A stretch of DNA of 64,000 bases from the human T2T-CHM13v2.0 reference genome, Homo sapiens. How positions within the stretch are numbered: the stretch's first letter is position 1; every line of letters begins with the position of its first letter. The stretch lies in assembly GCF_009914755.1 (NCBI RefSeq), contig NC_060944.1. The stretch is one strand, 5' to 3'. Position numbers and translations under genes: made by a program. The notes beneath the pieces are model-generated. The model was not told the DNA's origin, ran no database searches, and saw only the letters and a program-made list of their open reading frames with translations. Positions 1 to 13,454 of the stretch are shown here, one piece after another.

Positions 1-1456
1 CTTTGTTAATTTTGTTGATTTATTTGAAGAGCCACCTTATTTCTGTTATCTATTTCATTAATTTCCACTCTAATTTTTGTGATTGTTTTCTGTTTGCTTT
101 AGCTTTAGTTTGTTTTACTTTTTCCATGGTCTTAAGATAAGGTGATAAGTTATTGATTTAGATCTTTCTTTTTAAAATAGAGGCATTAGAGCTATAAATG
201 TCCTGTTAAGCACTGCTTTAGCTATATCTAATAAGTTTAGGTATACATGTCTTCATTTTTATTTATCTCAAAGTGTCTTCTAATTTCACTTGATGTCTTC
301 TTTGACTCATTTACTATTTAGGAAAATGTTGTTTAATTTCCACATATTTGTAAATTTTCCCATTTTTTCTGTTATTGATTTCTAATTCCATTGCCGTTGG
401 AAAGAACATACTTTGCATAATTTCAAGCTTTTTACATTTATTGAGGCTTATTTTATGACTAGCTGCAGAATGTTCCATATGCGCTTTAGAAAAATGTGTA
501 TTTTGCTGTTTTGGGGAGACGTGTTCCATAGATATCTCTTAAGTCTAGTTGGTTTATACTATTGTTCAAGTCTTCTATTTTCTTGTTGGTCTTCTGCCTA
601 CTTATTTTATTCATTATTGAAAGCAACATATTAAAGACTCTAATATTATTATGAAATTTTCTACTCTATTTCTATCAGTTTTTACTTTGCACTTTTTGGG
701 ATTTTGATGGTAGATGCATACATGTTTATTATTGTTACATCTTCCTAATGAATTAATCATTTTATTATTATAAAGTATCCATCTCTCCAGCAACAGTTTT
801 GTTTTAAAATCTATTTTGTCTGATACTACTATAGCAATTTCAGCTTTCTTACGGGTGCTGTTTTCATGATATATCTTTTTCCATTCTTTTACTTTTAACT
901 TGTTTGCATCTCTGAATCAAAAGTGTATCTACTCTAGACATTTTAGAGTTAGATTTGATTTTGTTTTCATCCAGTTTGACAATCTGTACTTGATTGGGTC
1001 ATTTCATCCATTCACATCTTCTGTTATAACTGAGATAGTTTCATTTATGTATTTTTGCTTTTTGCCTTCTGTATATCTCATGTCCTTTTTGTTTATCCAT
1101 TCCTAGTTTAGTGCTTTATTCTATATTTTAAGTGAATATTTTCTAGTATGATATTTTCATTATTTTAATAATTTTTCACTTTTTTTGAGTTTTCTTAGTT
1201 GCTCTACGGCTTGCCATACATATGTTAATGTACCAAAATCAACCGCAAATTTATACAAACTTAAATCCAGTGATATATAGAAATGTTACTTCTATATAGC
1301 CTACCTTCCCTTTTATGCTATTACTGTTATAATATGACATCTATATATTTATAAAATCAACAGTACAATCTTATAAATACTATGTTGTACAATTTTATGT
1401 CTTTTTTAAGAAGCTGGAAAGGAAAGGATGCCAAATATATAGGTGTATGCATGTAC

Positions 1457-1480
1457 GTGTGTGTGTGTGTGTGTGTGTGT
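1457..1480. repeat. (GT)12 microsatellite
   Basis: Read directly. Confidence 0.95.
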
Positions 1481-1688
1481 ATGTATACATATTGAGAAAG
1501 AAAGAGTTTGTTACATCAACTTTCTTATTTATCTTCTTATTTAACATTTCTGGTTTTATTCATTAGTTGCTGTGGACTCTAATTGCCATGTTGTATAATT
1601 TCCTTAATTCAATATAGTTTTGCTCACATCCAATTTCTTTGTGCTGTTATTGCATAATATATGTCTATATATGTAAGTTCAACAATGA

Positions 1689-2048
<360 letters not shown>

Positions 2049-5000
2049 TTTAATAATTTCATAATCACCTTTGCCTGTGCCCCCTTTTTTTTTTTTGGTT
2101 GGATTTGAATCATTGTCTGAAGTCACTTGCTTTCAGTCTGAAGACCTCCCTTTAGTACTTCTTGAAAGGTGGGTCTGCTATTAACAGATTCTTTCAGTTT
2201 TTGTTTATCCTGAAGTGTCTTTATTTTGCCTTCATTTTTGAAGGCTAGTTTTGCCAACATAAGATTATTGGTTGACTTCTTAAAATATTTGTGCATTTTG
2301 AATATGTCATCCCACTGCCTTTTGGCTTCCATTTTTTTCTACTCCAAAGAAAGCTGTTCACCTTATTGGGGTTCATTTTTATGTGATCAATTGTTTGGCT
2401 CTTGCTGCTTTTAAGATTTTCTCTTTGTCTCTTAACATTTTTACTATAATATGTCTGATAACAGATCTCTTTGCCTTTATTCAAATGGATATCATTAAGC
2501 TTCCATAGGTATGATTAATGTTTTTCATCAAATTTAGGGAGTTTTCAGCCAATATTTATTGAAATGTTTGTTCTGTTCCTTTTTCTCTCCTCTCTTTCTA
2601 ACACTCATATTGTGTATATGTTGGTGTACTCAACGGTATCCCACATGTTTCAGAGGCCTTGTTCATTTGTCTTTATTTTTTTCCTCTGGTTTTTTTGTTT
2701 GTTTGTATTTTGTATTGCACAAATTCCCCTTCTCTATCTTAAAGTTTTCTAATTTTTTGGTCTTCCAGTTTAAATCTGCTATTGAGCCCCTCTAGTAAGT
2801 TTTTGTTTCTGTTATTACACTTTTCGATTTCAGAATTCCCACTTGGTTCTTTTTATTGTAATTTCTATTCTTTATAAATATTTTCTATTTGATAAGACAT
2901 TGCCATCATACCTTCTTTTACTCCTTTAACATGGTTTCCTTTAGTTCTTTATATATATTTGTAATAGCCACGTGGCTGTATTTACTAAGTCCAACATCTT
3001 GGTCCTTCTCATAAGCAATATCTGTTGTTCTTATGTAGATCACATTTTTCTGTTTCTTTACATGACTCATATTTTTGGCTTAAAACTGAACATTTTAAAT
3101 AAATTGTACAACTCTGAATACTAATCACTGCCCTCCCCCGCCCCCACTAGAGGATTGTCTTTGTTGTGTTTGCTTATTTTTTTAGTGACTTAGATGAGCT
3201 ATTTTCATAAAGTATATTTACCTCACAGTGTAAAACCTCTAAGGTTGCCGCTTAGAGAGTGCAGACTTCAGCATGTCATTGAAGTGACAGTGGTTTTAGG
3301 AAGCTTCTATATGACTGTGCCTTCCCAAATCATTCTGTAAAGCTATCTTCCTCTGTTGGTATCACTCCCAACTGTGAGTCTCCACTCCACTACTTGCTGC
3401 CGGATTGCTCTATTGGTTTTGACAGTGCCCTGCGGCATAAATTGCTTCACAATCTAATCCAATTAAATTCATGATCCTTGGTATGTTTAGCCTTTGAGGT
3501 TTATTCTGATCTTAAGAGGGCTCTTCATAGCTATCAATTTCCCTGATTCTCTCTGGCTGAACTACCTACATGAAGATTAGCTTGTTGCTTTTACCGAGTT
3601 ACCAGTCTCTTCTAAAGTGCTTGCCACCAGAATCTCCACTGTTTTCCAGAGCACCCTTTAATCTTGAACTTCCCTACTCTTTGTGCCAAATAAAATAAGT
3701 TATCTTGGGGAATGCTCTGGAGCTCTCTCTCCCACTGGGCAAAGCCAATGAATCACTGCTTCAGAGCTAGGGAAAGGATAGTAGCTCTAGGTGGGGCAAT
3801 ACCTTCTGGTTTTCTTGGCTTTCCTCTTCCACCATGGAACCTCTATCCTGCTAGTGTGCTGGAGTAAGGGTAATTGGGGCCCCAGTATTCTCAGCATGCC
3901 ATGTCTGATATAGAGTCTCTACCCTACCAGTGGGTGTTCATTAGAGGAAGTAAACCCTCAACCTCTCAGCCACACTTGCACAGAATTTAGCCTCTGCAAA
4001 ACAGAACTGAGAGTGATAAGAAATGATGGTAGCTTGCCCCTCTCAAAGAAATACCATAACCCTTGCCTGAAGCAGGGGACAGGAAGCCTCATCTTGGCCA
4101 CCTGCTCAAAGTAGAATGTTTCTACTTGCTGAACTGGGAGATAAAGGGAGAGAATAGGTCATGGCTCAATGCCACAGACTCTCAGTGTTCTTTTTTGATA
4201 TTTAGTGTATTTCCTTCAATAAATATTTCTTCATTTGTTATATGCCCTTAAGACAATGTCCAAATACTTTAAAAAGTTATATTTTTATAATTTTTACCAG
4301 TTATGCTTTATTTCTACTGTGAAGATGATCTCTGAGGCTCTTTATGCCACCAGCAGGGAAATAGTCTACCTTCCATAGATTTTTAACCAGGCTCCTATGT
4401 TTGAACACCATATAATGTTTAAAGTAAATCTCTTATTCTATAACACTCACAGTGGTTCTGTTTCCCTATGCAAAACCTAACTGCTACAATGTAGGCAGAG
4501 ACTTATTCTTAAACACCAGTATCCTTGGAAGTTTGTGTTCTCCCTCAGAGAAGGATCTATGCCAATCTTGATCATGATGTGGAAAACCCCAAATACGTTC
4601 CATTTCAGAAAGGAACATGGCCCTCTCGTTAGCTCCAGTGCTCTAGATTTCCTTTGCCATTTCATCCTCCCTGAGCCAATCTTATCCCCAACCTTCCTGC
4701 CCTTGTAGATCAACTAAGGCCTGAAAGCCTCCTCTTCCTCCTCATTCTCACCCTGACTTTTCTTTTCAAGGACTAACCTAGCAGTGTAATGGAATGTGTC
4801 ATGTTGCATGGGCTGCCTCACTCTGAAAACAAAAGTCTGTTTGTGAATGGATGGTGAATTGGCAGAATTAAGTTGGTTTTAGATTTGCTCATCCTTTTGT
4901 ATCATACCCTAAAAAGCTAGAGCACAAGAAGTGACTGCATCACACATTTTTCAAAGTGCTACTGAGATAGTCTGCGTCCCTGTGGCCAGGACAGTCACAT

Positions 5001-5485
5001 GTGCTCTTCATCCTGTCTCCCTCAAGGGGTCGTGTTCCAGGAATTATACTGTCTCTTACCTTTATCTACAATTATGCTTAATCTATTAAATATTTTTCTA
5101 AGCTCCTATATACACTCAGTCTTTATTGCAAAATAAGCAACTCCCCTCACTATTAGTAACCGAAGTCACCACCTTCTCTCTGTCCTCTTCCCTACCACTA
5201 TACTTCTTTAATAAGTCATCTCAGCTCCCTGTCCCATTGCCTTCACATTCTCTCTCTCCTTAAGTCCCTGCAGTCTGATAAAATTGCAGGGATAACAGGT
5301 TGATAAGATTACTTACTCAAGTTTTCTTGTGAGAGTCCCCATATACAATGGTCTTGTTGAACTTCTATATCTCAACTTAGTGTCACTCTTCAGTCCCTCA
5401 CCTCTTCCTCCCTCTCCCACTTGCTGTCTCCTTAGAGGACCCTCATTCTCCCTCTTCTCCCTAGGTATTGATACATTATATTCTT

Positions 5486-5923
<438 letters not shown>

Positions 5924-6396
5924 TATATATCCTTGGTCAATATATATGACCGAGAGAAAATATTGTCTTTCTCTTTTTTCTCAAATATGTCTCTAAAAGC
6001 AGCATTATCCATTCTAATAGTTTTCATCTATCATCTCTATTCAGAATATTTAACAAAAATCGTAACATTTAATGAGTTTTTGTATTGTAGCAGGTAACCT
6101 GCATATACTATCTCACTTAATTTTCAAAAGTGACCTTTACTAGCCCCACTTAGCACTGGAGACATTTGAGGCCTCGAAAAATTAAGTGACTTTCACAAGG
6201 TCACACAGGCAGCAAAGGAAAGTCTGACCCCTGAGCAAATCATCTTCATTGTTATGCTCGACAACCCAGCAACACCAGACTCCAGTTCAACCTCCTCAAG
6301 AATCACTCCTGATCACCCAGTGTGATGTGGTCCCTTCATTTGCATCATCCTTTGACATTCACATTTTGCTCTACATTATGGTCATTTGTGTCCCCA

Positions 6397-6397
<1 letters not shown>

Positions 6398-6428
<31 letters not shown>
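6398..6428. repeat. (CA)15 microsatellite
   Basis: Read directly. Confidence 0.95.
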
Positions 6429-6431
<3 letters not shown>

Positions 6432-7885
6432 ACTGCACTATCAATTCTGGGGAAAACATACTGTATTTATTGATTTCATATCTCCTCTAATGTTAGCCTA
6501 GGACAGCCAGTAAAAGAGCTACCTATTGAACAGAAGAGTAATTGTCTGTAAAGGGCTCCCTGCATATTCCAGCACCCAGTTTATTTCCAGATATGACAGA
6601 AGCGCAGGAAGTAAACAAACCCCAGGATGTCACATCATCCCAAACGACTAGATACTGTAGGCAATGTGGCTCAGGGTCTGTTTATTTTTAAGGCTGCGAA
6701 AGAAAAGGTAGAACAAGCCAAAGTGTATTACAAATAACAATGCTTATCTGCAGTAATAACAAGTGCTTAATAAATGCAAACTTATTAAGCAAGATTTTAT
6801 GCTTCATTTACTTTGATAGGATGAAATTTTATATTTCAAAATAACTATCCAACAACAGATTGAGGAATTCCTCCTGGGAGGTGTGACTGACTTCAATTAT
6901 AAGTAAAAGAATATAGTAAGTGAGTCACTAGCTATCTCTTAAGGAGACCAATACATTTCCAGATAGCTTTTTTCTCTGTGAAGATATCTCATTTTTCCTC
7001 TGCCAAATAAAATTAATTAAGTGACATTAAATTTAAAATGTATCTATTTATATGAGAGGAAAATAGATCCTGGTTTGGGCTGATGGACATTTTTGAAATT
7101 TTCTCCTTTGTGTTATTACTTGCTTCCAGAACAAGTCACAGGGGCAAGTAAATAGTTACATATAGGCCCAGTCTGTGCAACCAACTGAGGGTTTTATTTG
7201 CATCTAGGTAGACCATCTGTGATGTACAGTGCAGGGTTGCCTCAGAGCCAATTCAAGCAGAAACTGCCTATGGATTTCAAGAGAAAAGCACCACTTGATT
7301 TGGTTACAGGTGAAGCTCAGAAATGAAGATGGGGCCAGGAAAGGAAGAAGAGAAAACCTGCTGATTGCCATGGGTTGGACTTGAATGTCCTCACATTTTC
7401 TGTCTTTATGTACACCCACATAACTTAGCCATTCTCTAAGTCAGCCAAAGGGGTTAATTTGCAAGCAGGTTAAATTAAGGTTCTGAGGTCACCCACACTG
7501 GGTTCCCTTTATTCACCCTTTTTCTTCTGTGGTACCGGAAAAAGCACTGTATCCACAAATTCTGTCCCAAGCCTACTGCTCTTCCCTCTTTATGATTTGT
7601 ACCTTAGCGCATTCACCTTCAACCATGACTTAAACTGTGGCCCGTAGTAATTGACTCAGTCAGGGTCTTCCTTTTCTCCTACATTCCTCAGTGCTCTGGG
7701 AATTTATGCAGGCAATCACCACCCCCAAATTAGCATGTTCTGTACAGACTCATGTCTTCTCTCCAAAAAGCAGCCCTCCTTCCAAGTCCTTCTTTCTTCT
7801 TATCAACAATACTATACTGCTCCTTGCAGATAGTTTTCTTTTTCCTCTTCCTTGACTTCATATCTAATCAGCAGAAGTTCCAACA

Positions 7886-7950
7886 TGTCTTCCTTCATGA
7901 GACTCTGAGTCCCTTTTGCTAGAGTCTGGACAAATCCAGCAAGGAAGCCA
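7886..7950 (+). repeat. 65-bp dispersed direct repeat, copy 2
   Basis: Matches 5859-5923. Confidence 0.92.
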
Positions 7951-9435
7951 ATTTTGTGTCCCTGTGATGCAGAAGGATGTGGGAGGTGGGTCTTAACTGG
8001 GCCAGGAAGTCACCTGGAATTGTGGAGATCGATGTAGTCTAAAGTTCAAGTGCAGAACAGAGCCAAGGAAAGGAGCCAAAGGTTTGTACTAAAATAGCAT
8101 AGCAAGATCAGCCATCCATCAGACCTACATGACTGGGGTAAGGACATAGTTAGAGGGAGGAGTAGGAATGGGGTCTGTCTTGTTCATCTTTGAATCCCCA
8201 GTGCTGAACATGTTGCTTGCTCAGGGAAGGCATGCAACAAATGCCCTATATACAAGCCAAGAGTATAACCTTTCATTTACCTTTTACTCAAGACTGCCTA
8301 TTAACCAATGCTCTTTCATTTTCATTAGCTTATGCCATGAAGTAGTGTTTGGGATGACACACTAGACAGGAATATCCACCTATGTTAGTTTGGGGTACCT
8401 ATAGAAGTAACCTGAAATAATAAATAAATAAGGAGGCAAGCCATTTTAATAATATTTTGTGATGTTTTGACTTAAGAATTCAAATGTTAGATATCACTAT
8501 AAAAAGGCTTTTAAAATTTCTTTAAGAATAATAATGTAGAGATTTAAAATATTCATCTACCAGACTGATTTGCTTTTCATCTATTTTTGTGGCTTGGGAT
8601 AAAACTTCCAGTGACTAAATCACAGAGATTCCAAAAATTCTGCTTCTCATATAATGTAGAGGGAATGAAGATAATATGCTCTGGAAAACTGTGTTGATTA
8701 CAATGACAAAGACTAGGAGAATCGTCAAAACAGTATTTCAAATGTACATGATTTAATATCATAAATCATTCTAAATACATCTAAATACATATATATGTAT
8801 AAGCTAAATTAGTACCTTAAATATTAGTAGAGATCTGACAATTTTTGTAAATCACTAAAAGTTATGTATTCCAAGTATTCAAAACATGTTTTGTGTGTCA
8901 TCTCTTTAAGAAATGGGAAATCTGCAGATTGATTTATATTTATTGAATGAAATAATAAATGAATGTATAAATATTTATTAAGGACTAAAACAATTAAATA
9001 TTAGCATTAGAAATACGTATTTACTAATCAATTGACCAGATGTTGTTTGAGCTACTCTGTGCAAATCAATTAAACAGTCATCAGAATGGTTTGGTGTTAA
9101 AAGTCCACTTTCTACTGAAAAGTGAAATAAAACAGAAAATTTTTTAAACTTTTTACTATGAAAAATTTCAGACATACAGAAGAGTAGAAAAAAATAATAT
9201 CATGAACACCTATATACTCTCCATCCAGATTCAAGAGTTAACGTTTCTCAAAGTTGCTTTATGTTCTTATGCAATTTTGACAAACCACCTTAAAGAGAAC
9301 TACAGCTATTATAATGCTTTGCCCCTTAATACTTCAGCATGCATCACAAAGATTAAAACATTATGTGATGTAACTAAAAATATCTCTATCTTTCCTACTA
9401 CAATTAATAATTCTTTAATAAGAATTTAATAAGAA

Positions 9436-9596
9436 TAACAGGCTTTAACTGACAAAGATCAAAAAAGACAAAGAAGGGCATTACATAATTGTAAAGGGAT
9501 CAGTGCAACAAGAAGAGCTAACTATCCTAAATATATATGCACCCAATACAGGAGCACCCAGATTAAAGCATAAAGCAAGTTCTTTGAGACCTACAA
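9436..9596 (+). mobile_element. Isolated ~160-bp L1PA ORF2 endonuclease fragment inside an older antisense L1M 3' end
   Basis: Encodes [36 protein letters not shown]. No 3' end or poly(A). Confidence 0.85.
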
Positions 9597-10335
9597 TATA
9601 TATGGTCCACATTTGGATTTCCACAGTTGCTCAAAATTTGTCTTTCACCTGGTTTTTCACACAAAAATTAAAGAAAGAAAACAATTTGATGAAGGAACAC
9701 ACACTGGATTTACTTGTTTCCCTTAAGTCCTCTCTTCCACCCTTCTTTTCTTTTATCAGACTTTTTTAAAAGACCAGGACAGTTGTCCTATAGAAAGTTC
9801 TACATTCTGGATTATCTGATTGTTTTCACATAAGGTCGTTTACCATGTTCCTTTAGTCTAGTATTTCTTGTAAAATGGAAGTTAAACATAAGAGCTTGAC
9901 TAAGTTCAGGTTAAATATTTCATAGGTTTTCTGTGTATTGAATATTACACATAACAGGAGTGTAGAGTGGCTGCTTATTCCAACATTTGTGATATAATTT
10001 GATCACCTGGTTAAAGCAACGACCCCAAGTTTGTGATTAGGAAGTAAGCTTTGGGGTCATACTTTAGCAACTTGCAAACACTCTGTTCCTCATTAACTCT
10101 TCACCCAATGGTTTGAGTTTCTGTTGAGAACTTTTGCTTGAATCAATTATGTTACTATGGCTTGTAAAATAAAGTTTGCGTTTTTGATTACCCTCTTCAA
10201 TGGTCAGTTTCTAATTTATTTACAATCTTAAATATGGCCTTTGGAATTCAAAGGGTTGAAAGTTCACAATTTTAGGTATCATAGTATATCTGTAACAGGA
10301 GAATGCTAACCTTGGATTTTCTTTTGTGTTTTCAG

Positions 10336-10521
10336 CAAAATGGGAAGCCACATTTTTATGATAAGCTCATTGTTGAATCGTTTGAGGAAGCACCCCTTCA
10401 TGTTATGGTTTTCACTTACATGGGATATGGAATTGGAACCCTGTTTGGCTATCTCAGAGACTTTTTAAGAAACTGGGGAATAGAAAAATGCAACGCAGCT
10501 GTGGAACGAAAAGAACAAAAA
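10336..10521 (+). CDS. SPTLC3: SPTLC3 coding exon 2 (186 nt, phase 0-0), [62 protein letters not shown]
   Basis: Polypyrimidine tract plus ttcag acceptor at 10331-10335 and AAA|gtacgt donor at 10522. The translation matches the recalled SPTLC3 N-terminus, including the hydrophobic membrane segment. Confidence 0.97.
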
Positions 10522-10746
10522 GTACGTATGCGTACCTCCCTGGATCTTTGTCAATGCCTACTCCTCTCTAAAGTGTTCTCAGAAGTGGTGATGCAGGTGC
10601 AGATTCTAGAAAGCATGAGGTGCTCAGGAACTATTCAGGGCAAATTTCATTCATCTCCACCTGCTAAACCCCATTACCCATGGGCTTATGGACCTGTTTT
10701 TACAAACATCTCATGGGCAACTACTATTTGCCACATACCAAACTAA
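10522..10746 (+). CDS. SPTLC3: In-frame read-through of exon 2 into intron 2 (74 extra codons, VRMRTS...CHIPN*); C-terminus of a putative short ~175-aa SPTLC3 isoform
   Basis: ORF 10303-10746 stays open past the donor, and ATTAAA follows at 10802-10807. I recall a 175-aa database isoform with this tail but have not verified it. Confidence 0.55.
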   Translation, partial: VRMRTSLDLCQCLLLSKVFSEVVMQVQILESMRCSGTIQGKFHSSPPAKPHYPWAYGPVFTNISWATTICHIPN

Positions 10747-10801
10747 GGCTTTTCCCATACCTTGTAATATTTAATTTTTGTAACAACCCCATGATATAGA
10801 T

Positions 10802-10807
10802 ATTAAA
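10802..10807 (+). terminator. Candidate intronic polyadenylation signal (ATTAAA)
   Basis: Lies 56 nt after the read-through stop, with GT-rich sequence at ~10848-10895. Confidence 0.4.
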
Positions 10808-11039
10808 CTATAATTTTGAAGATAAAAACATCAAAATATAAAAGCAAGTGCTCCTGGGTGGGAGTGTACTTTGGTCTTCTAGTTGTAAGTTGGGTATTAT
10901 TTATGCTCTATCCTGAAAAGGAAAGTGCATTTGAGTGAACTGGGACTTTTTTATTTCATCTAAATCTGATTTCTCACCTTTGACACTATTAATATTTTGA
11001 ACCAATTTTTTGGGCATTGTAAGAATTTTAACAGCATCT

Positions 11040-13454
11040 GAAAAATATAGCATTAAACCACTAAAGCTAAGGACCCTGATGAAGTCACTGCACCCTCCAC
11101 TACCTCTACTGGAACAGGCACTGGTATCCACTGCTGAGAGACCCATAGACGGTTCACATCACAGGACTCTGTGGAGACAATCCCCAGTACCAACTTGGAG
11201 CCGGGTAGACTCGGTGGGTGGCGAGACCCAGAAGAGAGACAACAATCACTGCAGTTCAGCTCACAGGAAGCCACATCCATAGGAAAAGGGGGAGAGTAAT
11301 ACATCAAGGGAACACCCCAAGGGACAAAAGAATCTGAACAACAGTCTTCAGCCCTAGACTTTCCCAAATGAGAAGGAACCAGAAAACCAACCTTGGTAAT
11401 ATGACAAAACAAGGCTCTTCAACACCCCCCAAAATATAATACTAGTTCACCGGCAATGGATCCAAACCAAGAAGAAATCCCTGATTTACCTGAAAAAGAA
11501 TTCAGGAGGTTATTAAGCTAATCAGGGAGAGGCCAGAGAAAGGCAAAGCCCAATGCAAGAAAATCCAAAAAATGTTACAAGAAGTGAAGAGAGAAATATT
11601 CAAGGAAATAGATGGCTTAAAGTAAAAACAATCAAAAATTCAAGAAACTTTGGACACACTTTTAGAAATGCAAAATGCTCTGGAAAGTCTCAGCAATAGA
11701 ATTGAACTAGTAGAAGAAAAAAATTCAGAGCTTAAAGACAAGGTCTTCGAATTAACCCAATTCAACAAAGACAAAGAAAAAATAATAAGAAAATATGAAC
11801 AAAGCCTCCAAGAAGTCTGGGATTATGTTAAACAACCAAACCTAAGAATAATCAATGTTCCTGAGGAAGAAGAGAATTCTAAAAGCCTGGAAAACATATT
11901 TGGGGGAATAATTGAGGAAAACTTCCCTGGCCTTGCTAGAGACCTAGACATCCAAATACAAGAAGCACAAAGATCACCCAGGAAATTCATCACCAAAAGA
12001 TCTTCACCTAGGTACACTGTCATCAGGTTATCCAAAGGAAACCATTTTAAGAGCTGTGAGACAGAAGCACCAGGTAACTTACAAAGGAAAAATCTATCAG
12101 ATTAACAGCAGATTTCTCAGCAGAAACCCTACAAGCTAAGACAGAATTGGGGCCCTATCTTCAGCCCCCTCAAACAAAACAATTATCAGCCAAGAATTTT
12201 GTATACAGCGAAACTAAGCATCATATTTGAAGGAAAGATACAGTCATCTTCAGACAAACAAATGCCAAGATAATTCACACCAAGCCACCACTACAAGAAC
12301 TGATAAAAGGAGCTCTAAATATTGAAACAAATCCTGGAAAACAGAGCTTCTTTAAAGCATAAATCACGTGGGACCTATTAAAAAACACACACACACAAGT
12401 TAAAAAGCAAAAACAAAAAAGAAAAAACCCAAAGTACACAGACAACAATGAGCATGACGAATGTAATGATACCTCACATTTCAATACTAACATTGAATGT
12501 AAATGGCCTAAATGATCCACTTAAAAGATACAGAACCACAGAATGGGTAAGAACTCACCAACCAACTATCTGCTGCCTTCAGGAGACTCACTTAACACAT
12601 AAGGACTCACATAAAGTAAACGGGTGGAAAGAGGCATTTCATGCAAATAGACACCAAAAGATAGCAGGGGTAGCTATTCTAATATCAGACAACTGTAAAG
12701 CAACAGTGGTTAAAAGGAACAAAGAGGGACATTATGTAATGGTAAAAGGCCTTGTCCAACAGGAAAATATCACAATCCTAAACATATATGCACCTAACAC
12801 TGAAGATCCTAAATTTATAAAACAATTACTAACAGACCTAAGAAATGAGATAGACAGCAACACGATAATAGTGAGGGACTTCAGTACTCCACTGACAGCA
12901 CTAGACAGGTCATCAAGAGAGAAAGTCAACAAAGAAACAATGGATTTAAACTATACCTTGGAACAAATGGACTTAACAGATATATACAGAACATTTCATC
13001 CAACAACCGCAGAATACACATTCTATTCAACAGCACATGGAACTTTCTCCAAGATAGACCATATGACAGGCCATAAAATGAGACTCAATAAATTTAGGAA
13101 AATTGAAATAATATCAAGCACTCTCTCAGGCCACAGTGGAATAAAACTGGAAATCAACTCCAAAAGGAACCTTCGAAACCATGCAAATACATGGAAATTA
13201 AATAACCTGCTCCTGAATGAGCACTGGGTCAAAAATGAAATCAACATGGAAATTAAAATGTTCTTTGAAGTGACTGACAATAATGACATAACTTATCAAA
13301 ACCTAAGGCAGTGCTAAGAGAAAGTTCATAGCCCTAAACTCCTACATCAGAATGTCTGAAAGAGCACAAATAGACACTCTAAGGCCACACCTCAAGGAAC
13401 TAGAGAAACTTGAACAAACCAAACGCAAACCCAGCAGAAGAAAGGAAATAACCA
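11040..13454 (+). mobile_element. L1PB-like LINE-1: partial 5'UTR, disrupted ORF1 and ORF2 endonuclease region; 3' part missing
   Basis: ORF 11650-12105 is ORF1-like (EQSLQEVWDYVKQPNLR). ORF 12448-13317 is ORF2 EN ([30 protein letters not shown]). Confidence 0.9.
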
